From Candidatus Latescibacterota bacterium (GTDB taxonomy: Bacteria > Latescibacterota > UBA2968), in the NCBI GenBank assembly GCA_965207885.1, contig OZ242311.1:4480001-4544000 (forward strand): DNA of 64,000 nt, written 5' to 3'. A program made the translations under genes and the position numbers. Below, piece after piece: positions 30,272 to 40,512 of the stretch; the stretch's first letter is position 1, and every line of letters starts with the position of its first letter. The notes under the pieces were generated by a model. It was not told the origin of the DNA and made no database searches. It was given only the letters and a program-made list of their open reading frames with translations.

Positions 30272-31063
30272 ATGAAAATTCTATTTGTAGGCGATGTTTA
30301 TGGCAGGCCCGGACGACGGGCCGCCGCACATTTGATTCCTCAACTGGTTGCACAGCACGCCATTGATTTCTGCGTTGTCAATGGCGAAAATTCTGCTGGC
30401 GGTTTTGGTATTACTGCAAAAATCGGACAAAAATTTCACGCTTACGGCGCCGATGTAATTACCATGGGAGATCACATCTGGGATCAAAAAGATTCGGTTG
30501 ACTATATTCAAACGGGCGACCGGATTTTGCGTGCAGCCAATTTTCCCAAAGAGGTTGGGGGTGTGGGTGCGGCGATTTTTTCAGCGCGCAACGGGGCGTC
30601 GGTTGCAGTGCTCAGCTTGCTTGGACGAACATATATGAAAATGGCTTTGGACTGTCCCTTTAGAACGGGGCAATGCGCCGTGGAGAAATTACAAAAGAAA
30701 ACGCCCATTATTCTCATCGACTTCCACGCCGAAGCGACCTCGGAAAAAATTGCTTTTGGGCACTATATGGACGGCAAAGTCAGCGCGGTTTTGGGCACGC
30801 ATACCCATGTTCAAACAGCCGATAATGGGATCTTGCCCGGCGGAACTGCGTATATGACAGATGTTGGCATGACAGGGCCTCACGATTCGGTTATTGGCGC
30901 AAAAAAAGACCCTGCGATCCGCCGATTTGTAAACCAGATGCCTGTGCGTTTTGAGCCAGCCACAAACGATATAAAACTCTGCGGTGCGCTCATCGATGTG
31001 GATGAATGCTCTGGGCGTGCGCAACACATCGAGCGGTTGTGTCTCGATTTAGAGGAGGGATAA
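30272..31063 (+). CDS. YmdB/TIGR00282 metallophosphoesterase
   Basis: GDVYGRPGR, NGENSAGG, DFHAEATSEK, GTHTHVQTAD. Confidence 0.92.
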   Translation: MKILFVGDVYGRPGRRAAAHLIPQLVAQHAIDFCVVNGENSAGGFGITAKIGQKFHAYGADVITMGDHIWDQKDSVDYIQTGDRILRAANFPKEVGGVGAAIFSARNGASVAVLSLLGRTYMKMALDCPFRTGQCAVEKLQKKTPIILIDFHAEATSEKIAFGHYMDGKVSAVLGTHTHVQTADNGILPGGTAYMTDVGMTGPHDSVIGAKKDPAIRRFVNQMPVRFEPATNDIKLCGALIDVDECSGRAQHIERLCLDLEEG

Positions 31064-31064
31064 G

Positions 31065-32255
31065 GTGGAACACCCGCTTTCTGTATCGGACGTCACACAA
31101 GCGGTCAAGCAAACCCTTGAGATGCAATTTCCGCCCATGTGGGTCGCCGGTGAATTGACCTCCTTTTCTCAGCCCTCATCCGGACATCGGTATTTCACGC
31201 TCTCAGATCCGCACAGTCAATTGCGCTGTGTGATGTGGCGCTCGCGTCCCATAACTGGATTTCGTCCCACAGCGGGAATGGCCGTGTTGGCACAGGGGCA
31301 GTTGACGGTGTATGAGCGGCGGGGCGAATATCAATTTAATGTGTCACAACTGTTTCCCGCAGGGGTGGGACAACAGCTAATCGCCTATGAAAAACTGAAA
31401 AAAAAACTGTCAGAAGAGGGCCTTTTTGACGAAGATCGAAAACGATCTCTGCCCGAATACCCCAGAGCCATTGGGGTTGTGACTTCGAAGACAGGTGCAG
31501 CTTTTCGAGATATTTGGGATGTGTTGAAGCGGCGATTTCCCGCTGTCCGCATTGTTTTGCGCCCTGCGCAGGTGCAGGGATTGGACGCGCCAGAAGATAT
31601 TGCACAAGGCATTGCCGATCTCAATGACTTTGGCAAAGTAGATGTATTGATTGTTGGACGCGGCGGTGGCTCCGCTGAGGATTTAGCTGCCTTTAATGAC
31701 GAGACAGTAGTGCGGGCAATTGCGGATTCGGAGATTCCAGTTATTTCAGCCGTAGGACACGAGATCGACATTTCCCTATCGGATATAGCGGCTGACGTAC
31801 GCGCACCAACCCCTTCTGCTGCCGCAGAAATTGCCGTACGCGATGTTTTAGAAGTGCGCGAACAAGTCGGGCGGCTCACACTCCGCACGGGGGAGGCCAT
31901 GCAGCGACTATTAGAAAAAAATAAAAATCTGATAGAAACTTACGAAAGCAGTTATGGCATGCGGCGGTTGTCCGATTTGATCTTTCAAAACGCGCAACAC
32001 GTCGATGAATTACACCGCGAGTTATACGCGCTTATAAGGCGACTATTTGAAAGTCGATTAGCCGACTATCACCGCATGACCGGCAAACTGGGATCGCTCA
32101 GCCCCCTATCAGTACTCGCGCGGGGATTTGGCCTCGTACAACGCGAAGATGGTTCGGTCGTATCTGATGCCGGGATTTTGACACCCCGTGAACATCTACA
32201 CATTCGGTTTGCAAAAGGCGAGGCGACCTGTCGGGTAGAAAAAATAAAAAGGTAA
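31065..32255 (+). CDS. xseA: Exodeoxyribonuclease VII large subunit
   Basis: SGHRYFTL, GRGGGSAEDL, SAVGHEID, APTPSAAAE. Confidence 0.95.
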   Translation: MEHPLSVSDVTQAVKQTLEMQFPPMWVAGELTSFSQPSSGHRYFTLSDPHSQLRCVMWRSRPITGFRPTAGMAVLAQGQLTVYERRGEYQFNVSQLFPAGVGQQLIAYEKLKKKLSEEGLFDEDRKRSLPEYPRAIGVVTSKTGAAFRDIWDVLKRRFPAVRIVLRPAQVQGLDAPEDIAQGIADLNDFGKVDVLIVGRGGGSAEDLAAFNDETVVRAIADSEIPVISAVGHEIDISLSDIAADVRAPTPSAAAEIAVRDVLEVREQVGRLTLRTGEAMQRLLEKNKNLIETYESSYGMRRLSDLIFQNAQHVDELHRELYALIRRLFESRLADYHRMTGKLGSLSPLSVLARGFGLVQREDGSVVSDAGILTPREHLHIRFAKGEATCRVEKIKR

Positions 32256-32260
32256 AGTCA

Positions 32261-32521
32261 ATGGCAAAAAAAAAGATAGAAGAACCCACATTTGAAACAG
32301 CTTTGAAACAATTGGAGACGGCTGTGGATCGTTTAGAAGAAGATGCACTGCCCTTGTCAGAGGCACTAAAAGTGTTTGAAGAAGGTCTAAAAGCATCCAA
32401 TCAATGCCGCAGTTTATTAGAAGATGCGCGGCAACAGGTTGAAGTGCTGATACGCGATAGCGATGGTGAATTTGAATTGGTATCTATAGATTCCAACAGC
32501 GAAGGGTTTGCAGACGAATGA
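32261..32521 (+). CDS. xseB: Exodeoxyribonuclease VII small subunit
   Basis: TFETALKQLE..LPLSEALKVFEEG. Confidence 0.93.
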   Translation: MAKKKIEEPTFETALKQLETAVDRLEEDALPLSEALKVFEEGLKASNQCRSLLEDARQQVEVLIRDSDGEFELVSIDSNSEGFADE

Positions 32522-33378
32522 AGTCCATCGGTTTGTTTTCGAACCCGACCCAACCGGGCATGGGCGTTGCGGTCGATCAATTGGCCCAGCGCATCCATCA
32601 AAGAGGCATTGGGGTACTGATCGCCGATAACTTGCGGGAAATTTGCACATCTGATTCCAAATGGTTTTGTCCGGTCAATGAGTTGCCCACACGCGCTGAC
32701 ATCATTGTAGCGATGGGTGGCGATGGGACCTTGTTGCGCGCAGCCGATGTGGTTTATCCGCACAGCACGCCGATTTTAGGCGTAAACCTGGGGCGATTGG
32801 GATTTTTGTCGGGCGCAGAACCCCGCGAATTGGACGATGGTCTGGATCGGTTGTTATGTGGCGATTATACCGTTGAAGAGCGGATCGCACTACACGCACA
32901 AACCCGCACACAAAAAGCGTTTGCGCTCAATGAGGTCGTAATTGAACGCAGTGTCAAAGCGCGTCTGGTACAGGTCGTAATGCTGGTTGAAGGTCGGTCC
33001 GTAAGCTCCTTTTACGGCAATGGATTAATTCTGGCAACGCCGACGGGATCCACGGGTTACAGTCTGTCTTCTGGCGGCCCAATAGTACATCCAAATTTAT
33101 CTGTGCTCGTCGCCACGCCTATATGCCCGCATTCGCTATCTTTGCGTCCAATGGTGATGCCGGGCGGTCAATCGGTAACGGTTAAGGTGATAGCTGATCA
33201 GTCCGATGAAATCATGTTATCCACAGATGGACGCACAGTATGTTCGCTTTCCCCTGAAGAACCCGTTACAGTACAACGGGCCTCCGAACCCGTGCGCTTT
33301 ATCAATATGCAGGGGTTGACTTTTTACGATCTGTTGCAGCGCAAATTGGACTGGAGTCTGGATCGGCGAGACGAGTGA
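32518..33378 (+). CDS. nadK: NAD(+) kinase
   Basis: GGDGTLL, GRLGFL, ALNE, TPTGSTGYSLSSGGP. Confidence 0.93.
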   Translation: MKSIGLFSNPTQPGMGVAVDQLAQRIHQRGIGVLIADNLREICTSDSKWFCPVNELPTRADIIVAMGGDGTLLRAADVVYPHSTPILGVNLGRLGFLSGAEPRELDDGLDRLLCGDYTVEERIALHAQTRTQKAFALNEVVIERSVKARLVQVVMLVEGRSVSSFYGNGLILATPTGSTGYSLSSGGPIVHPNLSVLVATPICPHSLSLRPMVMPGGQSVTVKVIADQSDEIMLSTDGRTVCSLSPEEPVTVQRASEPVRFINMQGLTFYDLLQRKLDWSLDRRDE

Positions 33379-33390
33379 AGGAGTTGTCCC

Positions 33391-35094
33391 TTGTTGTGTC
33401 AATTGCATGTGATAAATTACGCCCTGATCGACGACATGGAAGTCGCATTTGGTAAAGGGTTAAATATCATTACAGGCGAAACCGGTGCCGGAAAGTCCAT
33501 CCTGGTCGGGGCATTGGGGCTGATACTGGGTATGCGAGCAAGCCCTGATGTAATCCGCACAGGCGAAAAAAAATGTACGGTAGAAGCCATTTTTGAACTC
33601 TATCTTCAACATCCGGCTCTCAAACTCCTGAACGCCATGGGTATAGAGACAGAGGATGGCGAGTTGATTTTGCGGCGAGATGTACTATTAGAAGGGCGCA
33701 GTCGGTGCTACGCCAATGGCCTGTCTATTCCCGTGCGTACACTTCGAGAATTGGGCCGCGCGCTGGTCGATTTGCACGGCCAACACGACCATCAATCGCT
33801 TCTGAATACCGATCAGCATCTGGACTTTTTGGACGGCTTTGGCGGCTTGCACGCCGCACGCGCACAGGTCGAACAATCACATCACCAGGTAGTGCGATTG
33901 CAAAATCGGCTGATTGAAAAAACGGCTGTTGCCCAGCGCCAGCGAGAAAGGCGTGAACTACTGGACTTTCAGATCAAAGAAATCCATGCGGCAAAACCAG
34001 AGCCTGGCGAAGACGAACGCCTGCAACGCGAACAGTCCGTACTTTTACATGCAGAACGGCTACTCGAGATCGCCTATCAGATTGAACAGGTGCTTTATGA
34101 AAGTGAACAATCCGTGGCCGACCAACTCGGCGAAGGCGCGCACCTCCTGAATGAGGCCGCGCAAATGGACAGCAGTTTGGAGCCGATAGCTGAAGAACTC
34201 AATGGTCTGAGGTACGGTGCAGAGGAACTAGCTCGTGCCTTTGGCGATTACGCCAATCGCGTAGAACACAATCCCCAACGCCTATCAGAAGTAACAGAGC
34301 GATTAGAAACGCTGAACGCACTGAAAAAAAAATACGGCGGCGATCTGGAAAGCGTGCTATCTTACGAAAAAAAAGCTCAAAAAGAATTGGAACTGACCGA
34401 TGAACTCGAAGCATCTATAAAAAAAATTCAGATTAAAATTGACGATGCAATACAGACATTCGCACATTGTTGTGAGAAATTGTCAAAAGGAAGACACAAA
34501 GCCGCTGGCAAATTGTCAAAAGCGATATGCCGCGCATTGCGCGAACTGGGCATGCCCGATGTGCAGTTTGACGTACAATTGAATCGGCGTCCAGACCCCG
34601 AAGGCCTGATTGAATGCGACGGGCAGCGATTTGAAGCGGGACCACGGGGCATAGAGCGCGGCGAATTTTTTATTTCGGCCAACCCTGGCGAAGCCATTCG
34701 CCCGCTGGCAAAAGTGGCGTCGGGCGGTGAAATCTCGCGTATTATGCTGGCGATGAAAACCGTGCTGGCGCATACCGATTCGGTGCAGGTGTTAATTTTT
34801 GATGAAATCGACATCGGAATTTCCGGGCGCATTGCAGAGGTTGTGGGCAAGAAATTGCGCGAACTGTCAGAAACGTATCAAACCATTTCAATTACGCATT
34901 TGCCACAAATTGCCAAAATGGCTGATCGCCATTTTTCAGTCAGAAAAGAAGTAGTTGATCAGCGTGCAGTAACCCGGGTGATCTCGTTGGATGAAGAGGC
35001 GCGTGCTGGCGAACTCGCTTTGATGATGGGCGGCGAAGAGATTTCAGAACTGACCATGCAACACGCCCGTGAAATGCTGGCTGCAAAACCGTAA
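33391..35094 (+). CDS. recN: DNA repair protein RecN
   Basis: TGETGAGKS, HGQHD, ASGGEISR, IFDEIDIGISG, ITHLPQIA. Confidence 0.96.
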   Translation: MLCQLHVINYALIDDMEVAFGKGLNIITGETGAGKSILVGALGLILGMRASPDVIRTGEKKCTVEAIFELYLQHPALKLLNAMGIETEDGELILRRDVLLEGRSRCYANGLSIPVRTLRELGRALVDLHGQHDHQSLLNTDQHLDFLDGFGGLHAARAQVEQSHHQVVRLQNRLIEKTAVAQRQRERRELLDFQIKEIHAAKPEPGEDERLQREQSVLLHAERLLEIAYQIEQVLYESEQSVADQLGEGAHLLNEAAQMDSSLEPIAEELNGLRYGAEELARAFGDYANRVEHNPQRLSEVTERLETLNALKKKYGGDLESVLSYEKKAQKELELTDELEASIKKIQIKIDDAIQTFAHCCEKLSKGRHKAAGKLSKAICRALRELGMPDVQFDVQLNRRPDPEGLIECDGQRFEAGPRGIERGEFFISANPGEAIRPLAKVASGGEISRIMLAMKTVLAHTDSVQVLIFDEIDIGISGRIAEVVGKKLRELSETYQTISITHLPQIAKMADRHFSVRKEVVDQRAVTRVISLDEEARAGELALMMGGEEISELTMQHAREMLAAKP

Positions 35095-35114
35095 AACAGT
35101 ATAAGGAGCACAGC

Positions 35115-36262
35115 GTGAAACCGATAATTCCCGACGATCTCCGAGACATTGAAGAAAAAGTGAACCTGGGGCAACGACTTTCTGCCGAAGATGGCATGCG
35201 GCTTTACGAGACGCCCGACCTCAATGCCGTGGGATATTTGGCCAATATCTCGCGCGAACGCCTGTGTGGCAATGTAGCATGGTACGTGCGGAATCAGCAC
35301 ATCAACTATACCAACGTCTGCAACAAGCTGTGCCGGTTTTGCTCCTTTTATGTAAAGCCAAAAGACGAGCGGGGCTATGTATTATCGCCCGAAGATATAC
35401 AAAAGCGCGTATTGGAATACATCGACCTGCCCATTTCTGAAATCCACATGGTCGCGGGCATCAATCCCAACTCCCCTATTCGTACTATCTCGATATCGTG
35501 CGCGCCGTCAAAGACGTGCGTCCCGATGTGGCGATAAAAGCATTTACCGCAATTGAATGGGTGCAGATTGCGCGCATTGCAAAAAAGCCATTGAAAGATG
35601 TCATGACCGAATTAAAAGCAGCCGGCGTATCGTCAATTCCCGGCGGGGGTGCAGAAGTATTTAGCGATCGCGTACAGGAAGATTTATTCTGGACCAAAGC
35701 GGATTCCGAAGAATGGCTCGATGTAGCGCGCACGGCGCATGAAGTCGGCCTACCCACCAATGCGACGATGCTATATGGACATATCGAAAACCCAAAAGAA
35801 CGCATCGATCATCTCGTGCGATTGCGCGAATTACAGGACGAGACCGGCGGTTTTTTGACGTATATCCCCCTGTCATTTCATCCCGAACGCACAGAATTAG
35901 AGCATTTACCCGGCCCGACAGGTATCGCGGATTTAAGAGAAATTGCCGTGGGGCGATTGATGCTGGACAACTTCCTCCACATCAAAACATTCTGGATTAT
36001 GAATACCATCGAAATTTCACAGGTGGCTTTGTGGTACGGCGCAGACGATATCGACGGCACAATACAGGAATACGAAATTACGCGTCGTTCATATTCAGAG
36101 ACGCGGCAGGTACTCACGCGCAAGCAACTGGTCGAACGCGTTATAGAGTCCGGACGCGATCCCGTCGAACGAGATAATCTATACAATGTTTTATCGAGCG
36201 AGCGAGAAATTTTAGAAGAAACCCCCATCGGAATACCCGGTGAAATACCGATGATTTCGTGA
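35115..36262 (+). pseudogene. mqnE: Aminofutalosine synthase MqnE (CofH-type radical SAM) split by a 1-nt frameshift at ~35470; real lesion or sequencing error
   Basis: 5' ORF carries NYTNVCNKLCRFC and 3' ORF carries KAFTAIE, PGGGAE, NATMLYGH; adding one base at CCCAA^CTC restores GINP-x-LPYSYYLDIVRAVK. Confidence 0.8.
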
Positions 36263-37389
36263 ACTTCCCCATCCAAACGGAAAACGACATGATCGACGAC
36301 ATTATTGAAAAAATATATAACGACGAGCGCATTTCCACAGATGATGCCATGCGCTTGTTTGCACATCCCAATGTAACCGAATTGGGCTTATTGGCCGATG
36401 TGGTGCGGCGGCGCAAATGGCCCGAAGACACGGTGACTTATAATATCGGGCGAAATATCAATTACACGAATGTGTGCTGGGTAAGATGCGATTTCTGCGC
36501 ATTTTATCGCCCGCCGGGATCCGACGAAGGCTATACATTGCCCAGAGAACAGATCTTTGAAAAAATTGACGAACTCATTGCCGTGGGCGGCGACGTGCCA
36601 AAAGGCAGCGAAATTTTGATGCAAGGGGGCCTGAACCCAAAACTGCGCGTGGATTATTACGAAGACCTCTTTTCCTCAATACGCAATCGCTACCCACAAA
36701 TCCATCAGCACTGTTTGTCTGCCACAGAAATTATTTATATCGCGCATATCTCGCGTATGTCACTCGAAAAATGCATCCGCCGCTTACGCGATGCCGGGCT
36801 GGATTCTATCCCGGGAGCTGGTGCGGAAATTTTGTCGGATGAGGTCCGCGACATCATCGGTTTTCGCAAAGACCGCGTCCACGAATGGCTTGCGGTGCAT
36901 CGCATTGCACACGAATTGGGCATGCACACATCGGCGACCATGATGTATGGACATGTCGAGACCATTGAACAGCGAATAGAACATCTGGAACACATTCGCA
37001 ATTTGCAGGATGAGACGGGGGGGTTCACCGCATTTATCGCGTGGAATTTTCAGCCCGATTACACCGCCCTTGCCAACGACCAGGGGCGATGGAATGGCAT
37101 AAAAGCCACCGGATTTGACTATTTGCGAACCATCGCCATCGCGCGCCTATTTTTGGACAATATCAAAAGTTTTCAAGCATCGTGGGTCACGCAGGGAGCC
37201 AAGGTCGCGCAGGTCAGCTTAAAATACGGCGTAAATGATTTTGGCAGCACAATGATGGAAGAAAACGTAGTCAGTGCAGCGGGCACGAGCCATACGGATA
37301 CCATGACACTTCAAGAGATGCAACGGCTCATTCGGGATGCGGGATACGAGCCTGTAAGGCGAAATACACGATACGAGATTTTGAATTAG
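36259..37389 (+). CDS. mqnC: Cyclic dehypoxanthinyl futalosine synthase
   Basis: RNINYTNVCWVRCDFC, LMQGG, SATMMYGH, QASWVTQG, NDFGSTMMEENVV. Confidence 0.88.
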   Translation: MNFPIQTENDMIDDIIEKIYNDERISTDDAMRLFAHPNVTELGLLADVVRRRKWPEDTVTYNIGRNINYTNVCWVRCDFCAFYRPPGSDEGYTLPREQIFEKIDELIAVGGDVPKGSEILMQGGLNPKLRVDYYEDLFSSIRNRYPQIHQHCLSATEIIYIAHISRMSLEKCIRRLRDAGLDSIPGAGAEILSDEVRDIIGFRKDRVHEWLAVHRIAHELGMHTSATMMYGHVETIEQRIEHLEHIRNLQDETGGFTAFIAWNFQPDYTALANDQGRWNGIKATGFDYLRTIAIARLFLDNIKSFQASWVTQGAKVAQVSLKYGVNDFGSTMMEENVVSAAGTSHTDTMTLQEMQRLIRDAGYEPVRRNTRYEILN

Positions 37390-37401
37390 GGGTACGTAGC
37401 A

Positions 37402-38199
37402 ATGCGTGTGCGTTTGGGCGTGGTGTCATATTTAAACTCGCGGCCACTGGTTGAAGTGCTGCGCACGGGTGCGATTGATCGCGATTTTGAACTGATCTAC
37501 GGCGTGCCCTCGCGATGCGCCGAACGGCTGCACACCGGCGAAACCGATGTGGCATTGATCCCCGCTGTAGAAATTGGACGCGGACGTGACGCCTATCGGA
37601 TTGTGCCCAATATCGGCATTATTTCAAACGGGCCTGTTGGCAGCGTATTTATCGTGCTAAACAAAAAACCCGAAGAAATTCAAACACTGGCTCTGGATCG
37701 CGGATCGCGCACATCAGTCGTGCTGGCGCAGATCGTACTGGCGCGGCAATTTGGCTGCCAGCCAGAAGTGTTTTTTCATCCTCCAGATATAGACGCAATG
37801 CTCAAACGCGCCGATGCCGCCCTGTTGATTGGCGATCCCGCGCTGGCATTGTCCCGCAAACGCTATCGAATCCTGGACCTGGGCGAAATTTGGACGCAGA
37901 TGACAGGGTTGCCTTTCGTCTATGCCTGCTGGACCGGACGCCCCGATGCATTGGCGCCATATCACATTGACAAACTGATCGAGGCCAAAGAAAAGAGCAA
38001 GTCGCTCATCCCAAACATCGCAAAGGACTATGCCGCTGAAACCCGCACCCTATCGCCCGCATTTTATGCTGAATATCTAACCAGAAATATCCTCTACGAT
38101 TTGGGCGATACCGAACTGGAAGGCTTGAAGCGATTCTATGCTTATGGTGTAGAACTGGGATTGATGGACGCAGTGCCAGATATCCGCTTCTATGTTTAA
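37402..38199 (+). CDS. mqnA: Chorismate dehydratase
   Basis: VSYLNSRPL, SRTSVVL, LLIGDPAL, DLGEIW..TGLPFVYACW. Confidence 0.9.
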   Translation: MRVRLGVVSYLNSRPLVEVLRTGAIDRDFELIYGVPSRCAERLHTGETDVALIPAVEIGRGRDAYRIVPNIGIISNGPVGSVFIVLNKKPEEIQTLALDRGSRTSVVLAQIVLARQFGCQPEVFFHPPDIDAMLKRADAALLIGDPALALSRKRYRILDLGEIWTQMTGLPFVYACWTGRPDALAPYHIDKLIEAKEKSKSLIPNIAKDYAAETRTLSPAFYAEYLTRNILYDLGDTELEGLKRFYAYGVELGLMDAVPDIRFYV

Positions 38200-38255
38200 A
38201 TTTGAAAAAATCGGCGATAGGCCGGTTTTTTTTATCGAAAACTGGAGAACTCGTG

Positions 38256-39506
38256 ATGCCCGAAAAAAACAAACCAATTCGCGTGGGCGTCGTCGGCGTG
38301 GGACGCGGGCGATCATTTATGCGGGCGGCAACACCGACGGGAATGGAACTCGTAGCAATTTGCGATACATGGGAAGAGCGACTAAGACCCGAAGGCAAAG
38401 AACTCGGCGTATCGACTTATGTAGATTACCATGCATTTTTGGAACACGATATGGATGCGGTGGTACTCGCCAATTATTTTCACGAACACGCGCCCTTTGC
38501 CGTTGCAGCACTGAACGCCGGAAAACACGTCATGAGCGAAACCGCTGCCTGCCATACATTGGGCGAAGGCGTCGCACTTGCGCGGGCGGTAGAGCGCAGT
38601 GGTAAAATTTATATGTTTGCCGAAAATTACCCCTACACGGCGTACAATCAGGAAATGAGGCGGCTCTACCAGAAAGGACACGTGGGAGAATTTAAATACG
38701 GAGAAGGCGAGTACGTGCATCCCGATCCACCGGAAGTAAAATTGGGGCGCAGTTGCGGGCGCAGTCACTGGCGCAACTGGATTCCCTCGACCTATTATTG
38801 CACGCATTCGATTGCACCGGTAATGTACATCACAGATACGCGCCCCGTAAAAGTGAACGGATTTGTCATACCCTACGATTTTGGCGATATGACCAAAACC
38901 CTGCACATGAACCGCGCGGATACGGCAGGCGTGATCATCTGCAGGATGGACAATGACGCCGTGATGAAATCCCTGCACGGCGCGTTGCGCGGGCACGGCA
39001 ATTACGTCAGAATACACGGCAACAAGGGCGTGATGGAAAACTGTCGAAACGGCGATAAATATCGGCTACGCATATGGAGAGAGCCGTGGGAAAAGCCAAA
39101 AGGAGAACCGGTAGAAACCGTTTACAGACCGGACTTTCCGGTACATCACGACCGCGCAACACAGGCCGGACACGGCGGCGGCGATTTCTTCACCAGTTAC
39201 CATTTCGCCGAAGCGATTCGCACGGGCGAGCAACCCTACCTCGATGTGTATCGCGGCATCGACATGAGCATCGCGGGCATCCAAGCGTGGCGATCAGCAC
39301 TCAGCGATTCGGCACCGATGGAAGTACCCAATTTTCGCGATGAATCCATAAGAAAGAAATACGAGCGCGATGATTGGTCGCCCGATCCCACGCGCAAAAA
39401 ATCGGGACAACCACCGAGCAGTATTCTGGGAGAAATCGAACCGTCCGATGGCGCCAAAGCACTGGCAAAAAAAGTTTGGGCAAGCCGAGGATACTTTGGA
39501 GAATGA
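38256..39506 (+). CDS. Gfo/Idh/MocA family oxidoreductase
   Basis: VGVVGVGRG, YMFAENY, GEGEYVH, YYCTHS, GHGGGD; start approximate. Confidence 0.82.
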   Translation: MPEKNKPIRVGVVGVGRGRSFMRAATPTGMELVAICDTWEERLRPEGKELGVSTYVDYHAFLEHDMDAVVLANYFHEHAPFAVAALNAGKHVMSETAACHTLGEGVALARAVERSGKIYMFAENYPYTAYNQEMRRLYQKGHVGEFKYGEGEYVHPDPPEVKLGRSCGRSHWRNWIPSTYYCTHSIAPVMYITDTRPVKVNGFVIPYDFGDMTKTLHMNRADTAGVIICRMDNDAVMKSLHGALRGHGNYVRIHGNKGVMENCRNGDKYRLRIWREPWEKPKGEPVETVYRPDFPVHHDRATQAGHGGGDFFTSYHFAEAIRTGEQPYLDVYRGIDMSIAGIQAWRSALSDSAPMEVPNFRDESIRKKYERDDWSPDPTRKKSGQPPSSILGEIEPSDGAKALAKKVWASRGYFGE

Positions 39507-39516
39507 GGATCTGATC

Positions 39517-39909
39517 ATGATTGAAATAGCACAAGTGGTACTGGCGATTTACGGCATATTGTTAATTGTCGGAGGAATTATTGGGAAGACGAAATCCGGG
39601 AGTTCTGCATCCCTATTCGCAGGCGCGATCTGCGGTATTGCCGCACTCATTGGATACTGGCAAAGCCTGAGCGATCCCGCCGTTGGATTTTTGACCGGTG
39701 GATTGGTCGGATTGTTGCTCACCGGCATATTTATGAGTCGATTTGTCCGCACGCGAAAATTTATGCCCGCGGGATTGGTGCTGCTGCTCAGTCTTCTGGT
39801 GGGTATTTTGACAATGATGGCGAGACAGGAATACCTGCTCAATCAGGACAAACCAGTGGAAGAACTGACAAAAAAGGGCCAGGAACAGTGTCCCTGGCCC
39901 AACGTCTGA
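39517..39909 (+). CDS. TMEM14-family small membrane protein
   Basis: YGILLIVGGIIG..KSGS..SL.AG; RFVRTRKFMPAGL. Confidence 0.8.
   Translation: MIEIAQVVLAIYGILLIVGGIIGKTKSGSSASLFAGAICGIAALIGYWQSLSDPAVGFLTGGLVGLLLTGIFMSRFVRTRKFMPAGLVLLLSLLVGILTMMARQEYLLNQDKPVEELTKKGQEQCPWPNV
39870..39900 (-). terminator. Rho-independent terminator on the minus strand, inside the 3' end of the TMEM14 CDS
   Basis: Minus strand: GGGCCAGG-N9-CCTGGCCC-TTTTTT. Confidence 0.75.
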
Positions 39910-39927
39910 AGGGTCACAGCCTGAAAA

Positions 39928-39960
39928 TCAGGCGTTCACCTCCGAGTTAAAATGTTTCAC
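39928..39960 (-). CDS. Candidate 10-aa micro-peptide MKHFNSEVNA
   Basis: GAAAGGAGGT SD (39965-39974), then GTG start and TGA, followed by a hairpin and a terminator. Confidence 0.35.
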   Translation of the reverse strand: MKHFNSEVNA

Positions 39961-40065
39961 ATTAACCTCCTTTCGATATGCGCAATTCCGCTTCCGGAAG
40001 GCGTTTTGCGCGGTGGATGCCAATATATCAGCAAACCGCACCAACCCGTTGGCCCGGTTACATAA

Positions 40066-40087
40066 ACACCAGCATGGATGCAGTTTT
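40066..40087. repeat. 22-bp repeat, copy A (candidate operator)
   Basis: ACACCAGCATGGATGCAGTTTT, 20/22 identical to 40787-40808, with palindromic core GCAT-GG-ATGC. Confidence 0.7.
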
Positions 40088-40103
40088 ATCGCGTCTTTCC
40101 AAC

Positions 40104-40138
40104 TAAAAACGCCTGAGCTATAACACTCAGGCGTTTTT
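40104..40138. terminator. Bidirectional terminator downstream of the sigma-r4 gene
   Basis: AAAAACGCCTGAG-N8-CTCAGGCGTTTTT. Confidence 0.85.
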
Positions 40139-40512
40139 TAATTTGTGATGGCAATGCCGTGTTTGCGGCAGAGCTTGCGAAGTTTTTTCACAGCACCGCC
40201 TATGGATTTTCCATTTCGCGTAATACCGAACAAGTGCTGGCTGACCACCCGGCGCGAAATACCCATAATCTCGGAGATTTCCCGCTGGGTCTTGCCGTAT
40301 TTGAAATACAAAACAGTAGCTTCAAATTGTCTTTGCGTAAGCGATTGATTTAAGAGCGTATCGATCTGTGGGATAAGACGTCTAACCCGATCTTCATATT
40401 TATAGCGCAAATTCTGGTCTTCGGGCGACTCGTACCACAGGCCAACATCATCCGGCATCATTTCCAGGTCTGATTGATCTAATTGAACTTCCCAAAAATC
40501 AGGATTATACAT
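40138..40512 (-). CDS. Small stand-alone sigma70 region-4-like HTH protein
   Basis: LTQRQFEATVLYFKYGKTQREISEIMGISRRVVSQHL; GGAGGAG SD upstream; no sigma region 2 visible. Confidence 0.8.
   Translation of the reverse strand: MYNPDFWEVQLDQSDLEMMPDDVGLWYESPEDQNLRYKYEDRVRRLIPQIDTLLNQSLTQRQFEATVLYFKYGKTQREISEIMGISRRVVSQHLFGITRNGKSIGGAVKKLRKLCRKHGIAITN

Noticed and set aside
35461-35480. Programmed ribosomal frameshift in mqnE
   Set aside because: No X XXY YYZ slippery heptamer or evident stimulatory structure, and I know no precedent in this family.
40008-40023. Possible sigma54 promoter (minus strand TGGCATCCACCGCGC)
   Set aside because: GG-N10-GC spacing is present but the -12 TTGC is missing; too weak to call.
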